Below, in pieces: positions 1 to 9,455 of a stretch of DNA of 64,000 bases; positions within the stretch are counted from its first letter, which is position 1, and every line of letters starts with the position of its first letter. Made by a program: the position numbers and the translations under genes. Source of the stretch: Dehalococcoidia bacterium (GTDB lineage: Bacteria; Chloroflexota; Dehalococcoidia; Lucifugimonadales; SHYT01); the NCBI GenBank assembly GCA_009692665.1, contig SHYT01000005.1, positions 57,758 through 121,757 of the forward strand, in the 5' to 3' direction. The notes below the pieces were generated by a model. That model saw only the letters and a program-made list of their open reading frames with translations. It made no database searches and had not been told where the DNA came from.

Positions 1-1030
1 AGGGCGCGTGGACCGCGCTGAGCCTGGCCGTCTCGTCATCTCGCTAGGCAGGGCGGAAGGCTATCTCCCCAAAGAGGAACAGGTGCTAACTGAGCGCTAC
101 CGCCCCGGCGTCACCATGCAGTTCTTGCTCTTGGAAATCCACCGCGGCACCAAGGGCATTGAGCTCATCCTATCCCGCTCGCATAAGAACCTCTTGAAGC
201 GCTTGCTGGAGCGTGAAGTGCCTGAGATCTACCACGGCGTCGTAGAGGTCAAGGCCATCGCGCGCGAGCCGGGCTCTCGCAGTAAAGTTGCTGTGGCCGC
301 GCGCCAGGACGGCGTGGATCCCGTCGGCTCCTGCATCGGCCCGCGCGGTGTGCGCATCCAGAATGTCGTCAACGAGTTGCAGGGCGAAAAGATTGACATC
401 TTTCAGTGGAGCAAGGAACTGAAGGTGTTTATCGCCAACGCTCTTGGTCCTGCGCAGGTTCAAAAGGTTGAGCTGAACGAGGATGATAAGATCGCCGTCG
501 CCGTCGTGCCAGATGCTCAGCAGTCGCTCGCCATCGGTCGGGAAGGGCAGACTGCCCGCTTGGCCGCCAAACTTACCGGCTGGCGTATTGACGTGCGCAG
601 CGTTACTGAATACGAAGCCGCACAGGCGACTAAGCTCGCGCCTGTCGCTGTGGCGGAGCCCATCGGCACCGAATTGCCCGTCGAAGTCCAGCTGCCCGCG
701 CCGGAGCCGGAGCCTGTCCGCGCAGCCGTGCAAGCGCCCGTGCAGCCGGTTGCCGCCGCCCCGGCAAAGGCTGAAGCGCCCGCCAAGCCGGAAGAGCTTG
801 TCACGCCTCCCCCTCCTTCCGACGAAGAGGTGTGGAAGCTTGGTCGCTTCTTCCGCCCGCAAGCGCCGGCTCCGGGGCTTCGCTTCGCTGAAGACGTGCT
901 CCCTGGCCGGGGCAAGTCCCGCGCCACGCCGGAGACCACTGAAGAGCAAGCCAAGTCCAAGCAGCCTAAGCGCGCTCGCCGCGTCCGCCCTGTCGAAGAT
1001 GAGGACGAGGGCGACGAAGTACCCCAGTAG
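1..1030 (+). CDS. nusA: Transcription termination/antitermination factor NusA, N-terminus cut by the window edge, with a Pro/Ala-rich C-terminal tail
   Basis: The frame of ORF 8..1030 stays open to base 1. KH-region motifs [15 protein letters not shown] and [22 protein letters not shown] are present. The canonical ylxR-infB-rbfA-truB order follows. Confidence 0.93.
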   Translation, partial: GRVDRAEPGRLVISLGRAEGYLPKEEQVLTERYRPGVTMQFLLLEIHRGTKGIELILSRSHKNLLKRLLEREVPEIYHGVVEVKAIAREPGSRSKVAVAARQDGVDPVGSCIGPRGVRIQNVVNELQGEKIDIFQWSKELKVFIANALGPAQVQKVELNEDDKIAVAVVPDAQQSLAIGREGQTARLAAKLTGWRIDVRSVTEYEAAQATKLAPVAVAEPIGTELPVEVQLPAPEPEPVRAAVQAPVQPVAAAPAKAEAPAKPEELVTPPPPSDEEVWKLGRFFRPQAPAPGLRFAEDVLPGRGKSRATPETTEEQAKSKQPKRARRVRPVEDEDEGDEVPQ

Positions 1031-1323
1031 TGGCAACACATATCCGGCAGAAACACGTGCCGTTGCGGACCTGTATCGCGTGCGGCACAAAGGGTGACAA
1101 GCGTCAGTTCCTTCGCATCGTCCGGACGCCGCAAGGCGTCCTGGAAATGGATAGCGGAGGCAGAAAACCCGGTCGCGGCGCTTATCTTTGCCTCAAAGCC
1201 TCGTGCTGGGAGGACGGGATCAAGCGGAAGCGCATCGAGAACGCACTGCGCAGCCCGCTGTCGGCGGAAGAACGGGCACTGTTGACCACCCACGTGGCTA
1301 CCTTGCCAGCCTCCCAAGACTAA
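1030..1323 (+). CDS. ylxR: YlxR/RnpM-family (DUF448) RNA-binding protein
   Basis: Contains RTCIACG...GRGAYLC. The GTG start overlaps the nusA TAG by 1 nt (TAGTG). It lies between nusA and infB. Confidence 0.85.
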   Translation: MATHIRQKHVPLRTCIACGTKGDKRQFLRIVRTPQGVLEMDSGGRKPGRGAYLCLKASCWEDGIKRKRIENALRSPLSAEERALLTTHVATLPASQD

Positions 1324-1430
1324 ATCCCCTCGCCCAATCAGGGAAGAGGGTTAGGGTAAACGTGGGATAGTCCGGTTCCATGAGTCCACTCCTTGTCGAG
1401 AGGGCGTTCCCGTGAGGGTGAGGTGAAAGA

Positions 1431-3299
1431 ATGACACAACGCAGAGGCAACAATCGAGGGGGCCGCCCGCCAACGCCTCCAACACAATCCCCTAGGCCTG
1501 AGCGCCGCGCTTCCGTGGCAATCTCGGAGCAGCTGGCTGAGCCGGTCGTCACCCCGCTGACCAACCCCGACGCGGCCGCCATTGAGCTTCCCGCGTCTCT
1601 GACCGTCCATAAGCTCGCGGAGGACCTCCACGAGACCCCCATCAACGTCATTAAGAACCTCATGCGCCTCGGCGTCATGGCCGCCATGAACGACGTCATC
1701 GCCTACGATGCCGCCTCCAAAGTCGCCGCAGCTCTCGGCATCGCCGTCAAGCAGCAGGAAACTCAGGCCACATCTATCGCACGAGAGGGTGAGCAGGAAG
1801 AAGACAAGGGGCATCTCATCGCCCGTCCCCCCATAGTCACCATCCTGGGCCACGTTGACCACGGCAAGACTACCCTTCTCGATGCCATTCGCCAGACCAA
1901 CGTCGCCGCACGAGAAGTCGGCGGCATCACCCAGCACATCGGCGCCTACCAGATCGAGTACAAGGGAAACAAGATTACCTTCCTGGACACCCCTGGCCAC
2001 GCGGCGTTCACCGCCATGCGCGCCCGCGGCGCTCAGGTGACAGACGTGGCCGTCCTCGTCGTCGCTGCGGATGACGGCGTGCAGCCCCAGACCATCGAAG
2101 CTCTTGACCACGCCAGAGCTGCCAAAGTGCCCATCGTGGTGGCCGTCAATAAAATGGACAAGCCGGACGCTGACCAGGAGAAAATCCTGCGCCAGATGGC
2201 CGAGCTCGGCCTCGTGGCTGAATCATGGGGCGGCGATACTGTCACCGTCCCCGTCTCTGCAAAACAGCGCACGGGCATTGATGACCTGCTGGACAGCATC
2301 TTGCTCGTCGCTGAAATCCAGGAGCTCAAGGCCAATCCGGATCGCAAAGCCCGTGGAGTCGTCATCGAGGCTCAGCTCGATAAGAGCAAGGGCCCCATCG
2401 CTCACGTGCTCATCCAGAACGGCACCCTGCGCGTCGGCGATTCTGTAGTCGTTGGCAACACCTGGGGCAAAATGAAGGCCATGATCAACGACCAGGGCCG
2501 CCGTGTCCGCGCCGCCGAGCCGGCGATGCCTGTCGAAATCCTTGGCCTGGACAAGCTCCCTGAGGCGGGCGATATCTTGGTCGCCGTGGAAGACGAAAAG
2601 ACGGCCAAAGCTATGATCGCCCATCACCAGACACAGGTCGCTTCCACCCACGTGCTCGGCCTGGAGGACATCGCTTCCAAAGTTCGTAGCGGCGAAATCA
2701 AGGAGCTGCCCGTCGTCATTAAGTGCGACGTGCAGGGCAGCGTGGAAGCCATCCGCAATGCACTTGCCGGCATCAGCAACACAGAGGCGCAGCTCCGCAT
2801 CATCCACGCGTCCGCCGGCACCATCACGGAAAGCGACGTTCTGCTCGCCAGCGCGTCCAACGGCGTCATCGTCGGCTTCACCACCCGCGTGGAGCCCGGC
2901 GCCCAGCATCTTGCTGAGCAGCAGGGCGTGGGAATCCGACTCTATAACATCATCTACACGCTTGTTGAAGAGCTGGAAAAAACCCTCAAAGGTATGGTTG
3001 AGCCCAAGGTGCTGGAGACTATTGAAGGCCGCGCCGTCGTCAAAGCCCTCTTCTCCATGGGCAAACGCGCCCAGGCCGCCGGCTGCGCCGTCACCGACGG
3101 CCGCCTCCGCCGTGGCGCCAGCATCCGCGTCCTGCGGGACGCCAAACCCATCTTCCAGGGTACGATCAACAGCTTGCGCCACTTCAAAGAAGAAGCAAGA
3201 GAAATCACCGCCGGCATGGAGTGCGGTGTCGGCATGGAAGGCTTCAACGACTATCAAGTCGGCGACCAGCTCGTCGCCTTCTCCATCGTCCGCTCCTAG
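1431..3299 (+). CDS. infB: Translation initiation factor IF-2
   Basis: GTPase motifs [17 protein letters not shown] and NKMD. GAGGTGA Shine-Dalgarno upstream. 622 aa. Confidence 0.97.
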   Translation: MTQRRGNNRGGRPPTPPTQSPRPERRASVAISEQLAEPVVTPLTNPDAAAIELPASLTVHKLAEDLHETPINVIKNLMRLGVMAAMNDVIAYDAASKVAAALGIAVKQQETQATSIAREGEQEEDKGHLIARPPIVTILGHVDHGKTTLLDAIRQTNVAAREVGGITQHIGAYQIEYKGNKITFLDTPGHAAFTAMRARGAQVTDVAVLVVAADDGVQPQTIEALDHARAAKVPIVVAVNKMDKPDADQEKILRQMAELGLVAESWGGDTVTVPVSAKQRTGIDDLLDSILLVAEIQELKANPDRKARGVVIEAQLDKSKGPIAHVLIQNGTLRVGDSVVVGNTWGKMKAMINDQGRRVRAAEPAMPVEILGLDKLPEAGDILVAVEDEKTAKAMIAHHQTQVASTHVLGLEDIASKVRSGEIKELPVVIKCDVQGSVEAIRNALAGISNTEAQLRIIHASAGTITESDVLLASASNGVIVGFTTRVEPGAQHLAEQQGVGIRLYNIIYTLVEELEKTLKGMVEPKVLETIEGRAVVKALFSMGKRAQAAGCAVTDGRLRRGASIRVLRDAKPIFQGTINSLRHFKEEAREITAGMECGVGMEGFNDYQVGDQLVAFSIVRS

Positions 3300-3390
3300 C
3301 ATTTCGTTGTCAGTCCTTTGGCCCTGAGCGGAGCGTAGGGAAGCCGCAGCGGAGTCGAAGTATCTCTATCAAAACTATCTAATTAACTTC

Positions 3391-3455
3391 TCTCCCTTTT
3401 AGGGGAGGGACGAACGGAGAGGTGGGGAGGGCGGCGGGGCCGTCAACGCCCCCGC
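3391..3455. repeat. G-rich intergenic hairpin repeat (copy 1) just upstream of the rbfA RBS
   Basis: Hairpins CTCCC-N6-GGGAG (3392-3407) and GGCGGGG-N-CCCCGCC (3432-3455). The segment AGGGGAGGGACGAACGGAGAGGTGGGG resembles 8055-8082. Confidence 0.45.
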
Positions 3456-3471
3456 CTAGGAGGCACACCAC

Positions 3472-3852
3472 ATGTCCCGTAGAACAGACCGCGTCAACAG
3501 CCTCCTCCGAGAGGAGCTCAGCCTGCTCATCCAACGTGAAATGAACGACCCGCGCGTCGGCACCCTCGTCTCCATTACCGCCGTCGAGACGTCCGCTGAC
3601 CTTCAGACCGCCCGTGTGTTCGTCAGTGTCTTCGGCGGCAAAGAAGACCGTGACCCCGTAATGAAAGCGCTCACGGCCGCGTCAGGATTCCTGCGCAAAA
3701 AACTTCGCGACCGCCTGGAAATGCGCCAGGTCCCCGAGCTCCACTTCACCGTCGACACTTCTATAGAAGAGGGCCAGCGCCTCCTCACCCTCATAGACCA
3801 GGTGACCGCCACCGACGAGAAGACCCGCGCCCGCCGGCCAGACCAGCAGTAG
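3472..3852 (+). CDS. rbfA: Ribosome-binding factor A
   Basis: RTDRVNSLLREELSLLIQREMNDPRVG and ELHFTVD are typical of RbfA. The position after infB also fits. Confidence 0.9.
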   Translation: MSRRTDRVNSLLREELSLLIQREMNDPRVGTLVSITAVETSADLQTARVFVSVFGGKEDRDPVMKALTAASGFLRKKLRDRLEMRQVPELHFTVDTSIEEGQRLLTLIDQVTATDEKTRARRPDQQ

Positions 3853-3859
3853 CAAGCCG

Positions 3860-4783
3860 ATGGCTAACGGCATCCTGAACCTCTACAAACCCGTCGGCAT
3901 CACCAGCATGGAAGCCGTCCGGCGCATCAAACGCGCCACCCGAGACCAAAAAGTCGGCCACGGCGGCACCCTTGACCCCATCGCCGAAGGCCTGCTGCCC
4001 ATCTTCTTCGGCAATGCCAGCCGCGTCATGGAATACCTCATAGACGCAGGCAAGACCTACCGCGCCCACGTCCTCCTCGGCGTCACCACCGACACCTACG
4101 ACGCCGCCGGCGACGTCACCGCCACCGCCGATGCGTCGAATATCACCCGGAACCAAGTCGAAGAGGCCTTAAAGGCATTCACTGGCTCTATCGCCCAGGT
4201 CCCGCCCATGTTCAGCGCCCTTAAGCACCAGGGCCAGCGCCTCTACGAGCTCGCACGAGAAGACCACGAAGTCACCCGTGAGCCGCGCCAAATAGAAATC
4301 ACCCGCCTCGCCATCACCGACTGGGCGCCGCCCGCCTTCGGCCTCGAAATCGACTGCGGCCGCGGCACCTACGTCCGTTCCCTCATCCACGACATCGGCC
4401 AGGCCCTCGGCTGCGGCGCCCACATGACAAGCCTTGTCCGTAGCAAAGTCGGCCCGTTCACCCTGGCCAACTCCGTCCAGCTAGAAGCCTTTGAGCAAGC
4501 CGCCCTATCCGGCGCTGGGGAACCCCTCCTGCACCCCGCCGACATCGCCCTCACCGCCTTCCCCGCCGTCCACATCCAGCGCCCCATGGCCGTCGCCATC
4601 ACCCAGGGCAAACAAGTCCGCCTGGACCTCCCCCAACTCACCCCCCACGGTGAGCTCATCCGCGTCTACCTGGACAAAGACTTCATCGCCCTCGTCCGCT
4701 ACGATAAATCCGCAGGCCTGTGCCAGCCAGTTAAGGTATTCGCGCCAGTGCAGGCGGAATCAATCCCTAAGAGTATTTCTTAA
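3860..4783 (+). CDS. truB: tRNA pseudouridine(55) synthase TruB
   Basis: GILNLYKPVGITS and HGGTLDPIAEGLLPI (catalytic Asp motif). It is the last gene of the nusA operon. Confidence 0.93.
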   Translation: MANGILNLYKPVGITSMEAVRRIKRATRDQKVGHGGTLDPIAEGLLPIFFGNASRVMEYLIDAGKTYRAHVLLGVTTDTYDAAGDVTATADASNITRNQVEEALKAFTGSIAQVPPMFSALKHQGQRLYELAREDHEVTREPRQIEITRLAITDWAPPAFGLEIDCGRGTYVRSLIHDIGQALGCGAHMTSLVRSKVGPFTLANSVQLEAFEQAALSGAGEPLLHPADIALTAFPAVHIQRPMAVAITQGKQVRLDLPQLTPHGELIRVYLDKDFIALVRYDKSAGLCQPVKVFAPVQAESIPKSIS

Positions 4784-5377
4784 ACCCCACGCATTGTGGG
4801 GCATGGTTAGAGGGTCCATAACGCGACTACGTGCGTGTCTCCATTCTTTCCCGCTCACCATTTCAAACATATCTTGGAGATCGGATCGAAGCACAAGTCT
4901 CATATTTCCTTTTTCGAAGTCTTCTAAGGCTCCAAGTGTTAAGTCCCGAAGCTCGTAACACATGAAAATCGCCGGAACAACTGAACAATCGGTTAGAGAA
5001 TCGGCAGCTCGGTTTGCTTGCGGCTTTAGAGCCGCCATTTGTGCCACCAAAGCCGAGCCGGTTGTACACGAGATTAAGAAGGCTTGCTTTTGATCTTCAT
5101 CTTGGAAAATAGCAGCATCAACACCATCTGCTTCAAGAAGTACCAGCAATGAACATCCTGCGGCAAACAGCAAGCAGTTCACACCTCTTTCAAAGTCTTC
5201 AGCGGCGGGCTTAATTGCGGTAAATCCCAGCCATTGTTTCAAAACGTCTTCAGGACTTTGCGTTCTGATTCCGCTTCTTACCCATTTCTGGCTTTGGCCT
5301 ATCAATGACAAAACTAGAGCCCACCTTGGATTAGCTTCCTTCTCATCGGCAACAAGACTAAATCGAGAAACCGTCAA
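4760..5377 (-). CDS. Hypothetical protein (205 aa), distal gene of the low-GC cassette
   Basis: Long stop-free frame in AT-richer DNA. TTG start, with AAGGAAG 11 nt upstream. No recognisable family motif. Overlaps the truB 3' end by 24 nt. Confidence 0.6.
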   Translation of the reverse strand: MTVSRFSLVADEKEANPRWALVLSLIGQSQKWVRSGIRTQSPEDVLKQWLGFTAIKPAAEDFERGVNCLLFAAGCSLLVLLEADGVDAAIFQDEDQKQAFLISCTTGSALVAQMAALKPQANRAADSLTDCSVVPAIFMCYELRDLTLGALEDFEKGNMRLVLRSDLQDMFEMVSGKEWRHARSRVMDPLTMPHNAWGLRNTLRD

Positions 5378-5407
5378 AGGTTTCTGCGCTTCCTTGTATC
5401 CGGCATG

Positions 5408-6079
5408 CTACAGATGGGCTTCTTCTCGCGCTGCGCCAGATGGATATTCATGCTCGTCGACCAACACACGGAAATTGCCGCCCCAGGCTTTAACGCTCGG
5501 ACCGAGAGGAAATCGCGAATCAGGCACAACTCTATTGCCCCGCAAGTCTTCAATCCTCGTATTCAAAAAAAGATCTTGAGTAGATATGCCTTCGTGAACG
5601 CGAACAGTTATCATGACCTTATTGGCTGTGACTTGACCCGACATGCCAATTTGAAGGGGCGCCAGCAATAACACGTGGGTCGCATAAGAATTGCCTACCC
5701 GAAAATGGAGTCGATCGAGGGTAAGTTCATCAACCCCACGAAAACTAAGCGTTTTAGCAATTGTCATAATGTCTTGAGGTTGAGCCAGGTTTTCCAGCTG
5801 CTCAATGCCATGGGCATGGACAACGAAGCAATGATATGGAGTTATTTCAGGCCACCCCAAGGAAAAGTCGTCTGAGTTCCATTGTCCAAGGTTTCTGAAT
5901 TCTGGGCGCGGGAAATTAGATGTTGCGAGCGGAACATTTCCCAACTGGATTAGACCTTCGCTCCATCCTTGTAACATCGGCTCTAGGCTTTCGACGGGCA
6001 AGCTTCCTCGCATAAACAGCCAATCACTATATTGGTCAGTCACGTCAAAAGCAGTGGGCTTCTGGGGGGGGTTAGACAC
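5408..6079 (-). CDS. Hypothetical protein (223 aa), proximal gene of the low-GC cassette
   Basis: Long stop-free frame in AT-richer DNA. GTG start followed by a C8 run. No recognisable family motif. Confidence 0.6.
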   Translation of the reverse strand: MSNPPQKPTAFDVTDQYSDWLFMRGSLPVESLEPMLQGWSEGLIQLGNVPLATSNFPRPEFRNLGQWNSDDFSLGWPEITPYHCFVVHAHGIEQLENLAQPQDIMTIAKTLSFRGVDELTLDRLHFRVGNSYATHVLLLAPLQIGMSGQVTANKVMITVRVHEGISTQDLFLNTRIEDLRGNRVVPDSRFPLGPSVKAWGGNFRVLVDEHEYPSGAAREEAHL

Positions 6080-6288
6080 GCAACCATACTTAGAAGTCGT
6101 TGGTTGCGCAGATTGATGATTGCTCGCACCTCAATCGCCGACCAACTTGGACGAAAGGGATTTATAGCATCTAGGAATTTAGCCAGTTCAGGATTCATGT
6201 TGCATTCTTCACATTCAGCGTTGGTCGGCTATCCTCTCGGGAGTATATTATCCTTACGCAGGTACGCACGTTGACATTCGGAGTTCAT

Positions 6289-7026
6289 ATGCCCGACACT
6301 ACTCCCAAAATCACCGTCGTCACCCCCACCTACAACGAGTCCGCAAACCTGCCAGACCTCGTCACCCGCCTACTGCGCCTGCCGCTGCCCGGCCTCACCC
6401 TCCTCGTCGTCGATGACAACTCCCCCGACGGCACCGGCGCCCTCGCCGAGCGTCTCGCCCAGGATCACCCAGGCCGCATCCAAGTGCTCCACCGAGAAGG
6501 CAAGCAAGGCCTCGCCACCGCGTACATCCTCGGCTTCAAGCACGCCCTGGACGGCGGCGCTGACATCGTCATCCAGATGGACGCTGACCTCTCGCACGCG
6601 CCCGAGTACATACCAAATTTGGTCAAAGGCCTCTCCACCGCAGACGTCATCATCGCCTCCCGCTACACCTACGGCGGCGAGACCGACCCCAACTGGAGCC
6701 GCGCCCGCAACTTCCTCAGCCGCAACGGCAACCTCTACGCCCGCACCGTCATTGGCCTTGAGCAACACGACGCCCTGGGCGGCTACAAAGCCTACCGACG
6801 CTCCGCCCTCCAAGCCGTTGGCCTGCGTCCCCTCACCTGCCGCGGCTTCGCCTTCCAGGCCGAAATCGCCTACCGCTGCAAACGCGCCGGCCTCCGCGTC
6901 CGGGAGCACCCCATCCTCTTCAAAGACCGCACCCAAGGCCTCTCCAAAATGTCCCGCGCCATCATCATCGAAGCCCTCCTTCGCTTGCCCCTCCTTCGCC
7001 TCACCGACTCCTCCCGCAAGGATTAG
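6289..7026 (+). CDS. GT2-family polyprenol-phosphate mannosyl/glycosyl transferase (Dpm1/Ppm1-like)
   Basis: VVTPTYNESANL and LLVVDDNSPDGT, with a DAD-type motif QMDADLSH. ATG at 6289 is preceded by GGAG. The ORF track starts at TTG 6271. Confidence 0.85.
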   Translation: MPDTTPKITVVTPTYNESANLPDLVTRLLRLPLPGLTLLVVDDNSPDGTGALAERLAQDHPGRIQVLHREGKQGLATAYILGFKHALDGGADIVIQMDADLSHAPEYIPNLVKGLSTADVIIASRYTYGGETDPNWSRARNFLSRNGNLYARTVIGLEQHDALGGYKAYRRSALQAVGLRPLTCRGFAFQAEIAYRCKRAGLRVREHPILFKDRTQGLSKMSRAIIIEALLRLPLLRLTDSSRKD

Positions 7027-7177
7027 GGCCGTACCTTCTCGCCGTAGGCGGGTAGCAGAATAATGGCAGAGAACCGAACTGCGACGCTCAAAGCCTTTCG
7101 GGGATGCCCCATGCGCGTTACAATGTATGTTGGCAAAAAGACAGACTACGCCACACAACTCAGAGAAGGAGCCATCC

Positions 7178-7969
7178 ATGGTAGAACCCGTCCTGAAGTA
7201 CGCGACTCACGCTGGCGGTCGCATCGTTGTGATGACCCTTAACCGGCCGGACGCGCTCAACGCGCTCAGCACTGAGCTGTTCGACGCGCTCAACGCTGGC
7301 TGGATGCGCTTCCGCGATGATGAGAACGCATGGGTCGCCATTCTCACCGGCGCCGGCCGCGCATTCTGCTCCGGCGTCGACCTCAAAGAGGCCGCCGCCA
7401 TCGACGCCATGGGCGGGCACGGCGTGCAGAGCCTTGCCGACAAGATATGGACCCCCCTCAATGAAAAGCTGGCGTTGTGGAAGCCCACTATCTGCGCTAT
7501 CAACGGCTACGCTCTCGCCGCCGGGTTCGCCGTCGCCATGCAGTGCGACATCCGCTTGGCCGCCGATACTGCTGAAATCGGCATTCCGGAAACACGCTGG
7601 AACCTGTCCGCTGACTGGGCTCATGACCTCACCCGCCAGATCGGCTTGGCGCACGCCCTTGAGCTCGCCATCTGGGGCGATAAGCGCATCAACGCACAGC
7701 GCGCCTATGAAATGGGCTGGGTGAACAAGGTCGTCCCCGGCGATCAGCTCATGGCTGAGGCTATGGATTGGGCAAACCGTGTCATTCAGCTTGGCCCGCG
7801 CTCCGTGCGCATATTAAAGGAAACAATCTACCGCGGTTCCTATCTTCCGCCCGTTGAGGCCCACGCCTACGCCGCTTACCTGGCGCGTGACCTGAACGGC
7901 ATGGAGGACACCGTTGAAGGCCCCAAAGCCTTCACAGAACACCGCGCACCCGTCTTTAAAAACAAATAG
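7178..7969 (+). CDS. Enoyl-CoA hydratase/isomerase (crotonase) family protein
   Basis: LNRPDALNAL and GAGRAFCSGVDLKE oxyanion-hole region. ATG 7178 follows GAAGGAG. Confidence 0.88.
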   Translation: MVEPVLKYATHAGGRIVVMTLNRPDALNALSTELFDALNAGWMRFRDDENAWVAILTGAGRAFCSGVDLKEAAAIDAMGGHGVQSLADKIWTPLNEKLALWKPTICAINGYALAAGFAVAMQCDIRLAADTAEIGIPETRWNLSADWAHDLTRQIGLAHALELAIWGDKRINAQRAYEMGWVNKVVPGDQLMAEAMDWANRVIQLGPRSVRILKETIYRGSYLPPVEAHAYAAYLARDLNGMEDTVEGPKAFTEHRAPVFKNK

Positions 7970-8054
7970 CCCGACCCAGCCTTGCTTGCTTCGTACCAGA
8001 GGAGGGCCTGCCAAGATCGTAGATACTGAATCGCAGACCCTGAGCCGACGCCGA

Positions 8055-8178
8055 AGGGGAGAGGGACCAAGAGAGGACGGGGTGGTGGCCGTAGGGCGCA
8101 CCTACCCCCCCCTTGAGGGGGAAGGTTAGGATGGGGGGGGTCGGAGGGGCGAGGAGGGAGCGCACCCTTTCCCTCTCC
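8055..8178. repeat. G-rich intergenic repeat/hairpin cluster (copy 2)
   Basis: AGGGGAGAGGGACCAAGAGAGGACGGGG (8055-8082) resembles 3401-3427. A 9-bp long-range inverted repeat GGAGAGGGA/TCCCTCTCC lies at 8058-8066 and 8170-8178. There is a C8-TTGA-G5 hairpin (8105-8121) and a G8 run (8133-8140). Confidence 0.45.
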
Positions 8179-8348
8179 AGCAGATCGGAAGCCTGCGTCG
8201 CAGACTCCGTCGAAGGAAATCTTCCCAGACAAAGCCAATGACACCGGCCGCTTTGGCTGCCACATTCCTTCTACTAGGGTGCAAGAGTACCTCCAGCACG
8301 ACGCATCTGTAATCAAAGAGCAGGCCATAAAGAGAGGGGGTAACTCAG

Positions 8349-9323
8349 ATGACACAGCAGCGCGCTGAACCAGCCAAGACCTCCATGCCATATCACCGTT
8401 TGGGCCGTTCCGGGCTGAAAGTCTCGGCACTGTGCCTCGGCAGCAACATGCTCGGTAGCTACGTGGACGAAGCAGGCGCCCATCGGGTTATGGACGCCGC
8501 TTTTGATGTTGGCGTCAACTTCATCGACACTGCGGACGCCTATACTGGCGGCGCGTCTGAGACGATCATCGGCAAAGGCGTCAAGAGCAAGCGCCACCAG
8601 TGGGTAGTCGGCACCAAAATCTTCATGCCCACCGGCAATGACATCAACGCCCGCGGCGGCTCCCGCAAGCACATCATTGAAGCCACTGACGCCTGTCTCT
8701 CTCGCCTGGGCACGGATTACGTAGACCTCATGTCCATGCATCGGTATGACTTGGACACGCCGTTGGAAGAGACTATGATCGCCCTTAACGACCTGGTACG
8801 GCAAGGCAAAGTCCGCTACATCGGCAACTCCAACTGGAGCGCCTGGCAGACTGTCCAGTCCCTCTGGATCAGCGACAAGCTCAACCTGGAGCGCTTCGTC
8901 TGCACTCAGCCCAGCTATAGCCTGCTCAACCGTGACATAGAGGAAGAGGTCGTCCCCATGGCCAAGGCCCATGAAGTGGCTATCACACCCTTCTCCGTTC
9001 TCCAGGGTGGTCTCCTCACGGGCCGCTACGAGGCCAACCAGGCGCCGCCGCCCGGCTCCCGTTTCGCCTCCCGCCCGCAGATGATGGAGCGCATGTTCAC
9101 GCAGAAGGTGGCTACTGCCGCAGCCAAGCTCAAAGAAGTCTCCAAGAAATATGAGAAGCCCGTTCCCGCACTGCTCATCGGCTGGGCCCTCGCAAACCCC
9201 GCTGTCACGTCGGTCATCATCGGCGCCAGCAAGCCGGAGCAAGCAGTCCAAAACGCCAAAGCCGTAGAAAAGCCGCTGACGCCGGAAGAAATGAAGGCCG
9301 TGGAAGAGGCAGTCGCATTGTGA
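8349..9323 (+). CDS. Aldo/keto reductase
   Basis: LGRSGLKVSALCLGS, FIDTADAY, and YVDLMSMHRYD, NDLVRQGKVRYIGNSNW. TGA stop. Confidence 0.9.
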   Translation: MTQQRAEPAKTSMPYHRLGRSGLKVSALCLGSNMLGSYVDEAGAHRVMDAAFDVGVNFIDTADAYTGGASETIIGKGVKSKRHQWVVGTKIFMPTGNDINARGGSRKHIIEATDACLSRLGTDYVDLMSMHRYDLDTPLEETMIALNDLVRQGKVRYIGNSNWSAWQTVQSLWISDKLNLERFVCTQPSYSLLNRDIEEEVVPMAKAHEVAITPFSVLQGGLLTGRYEANQAPPPGSRFASRPQMMERMFTQKVATAAAKLKEVSKKYEKPVPALLIGWALANPAVTSVIIGASKPEQAVQNAKAVEKPLTPEEMKAVEEAVAL

Positions 9324-9333
9324 GACACCGCTT

Positions 9334-9416
9334 GGGCGTGGGCCTTTGCTACCCATTTGCGACACAATACATGCATTCTCGTCGTGTCCAAGCAAGCAAC
9401 ACCGGAAGTTGTCGGG
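9334..9416 (+). repeat. Conserved leader element, copy A (candidate cis-regulatory RNA)
   Basis: GTGGGCC..TTGCGACACAATACATGCATTCTCGTC..CCAAGC..GTCGGG. 49/56 identical to copy C by manual alignment. Ends 39 nt upstream of the RidA start. Confidence 0.55.
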
Positions 9417-9455
9417 TAACAAGTGGCGGCAAGGAAACATAACAAGGGGGGGATT

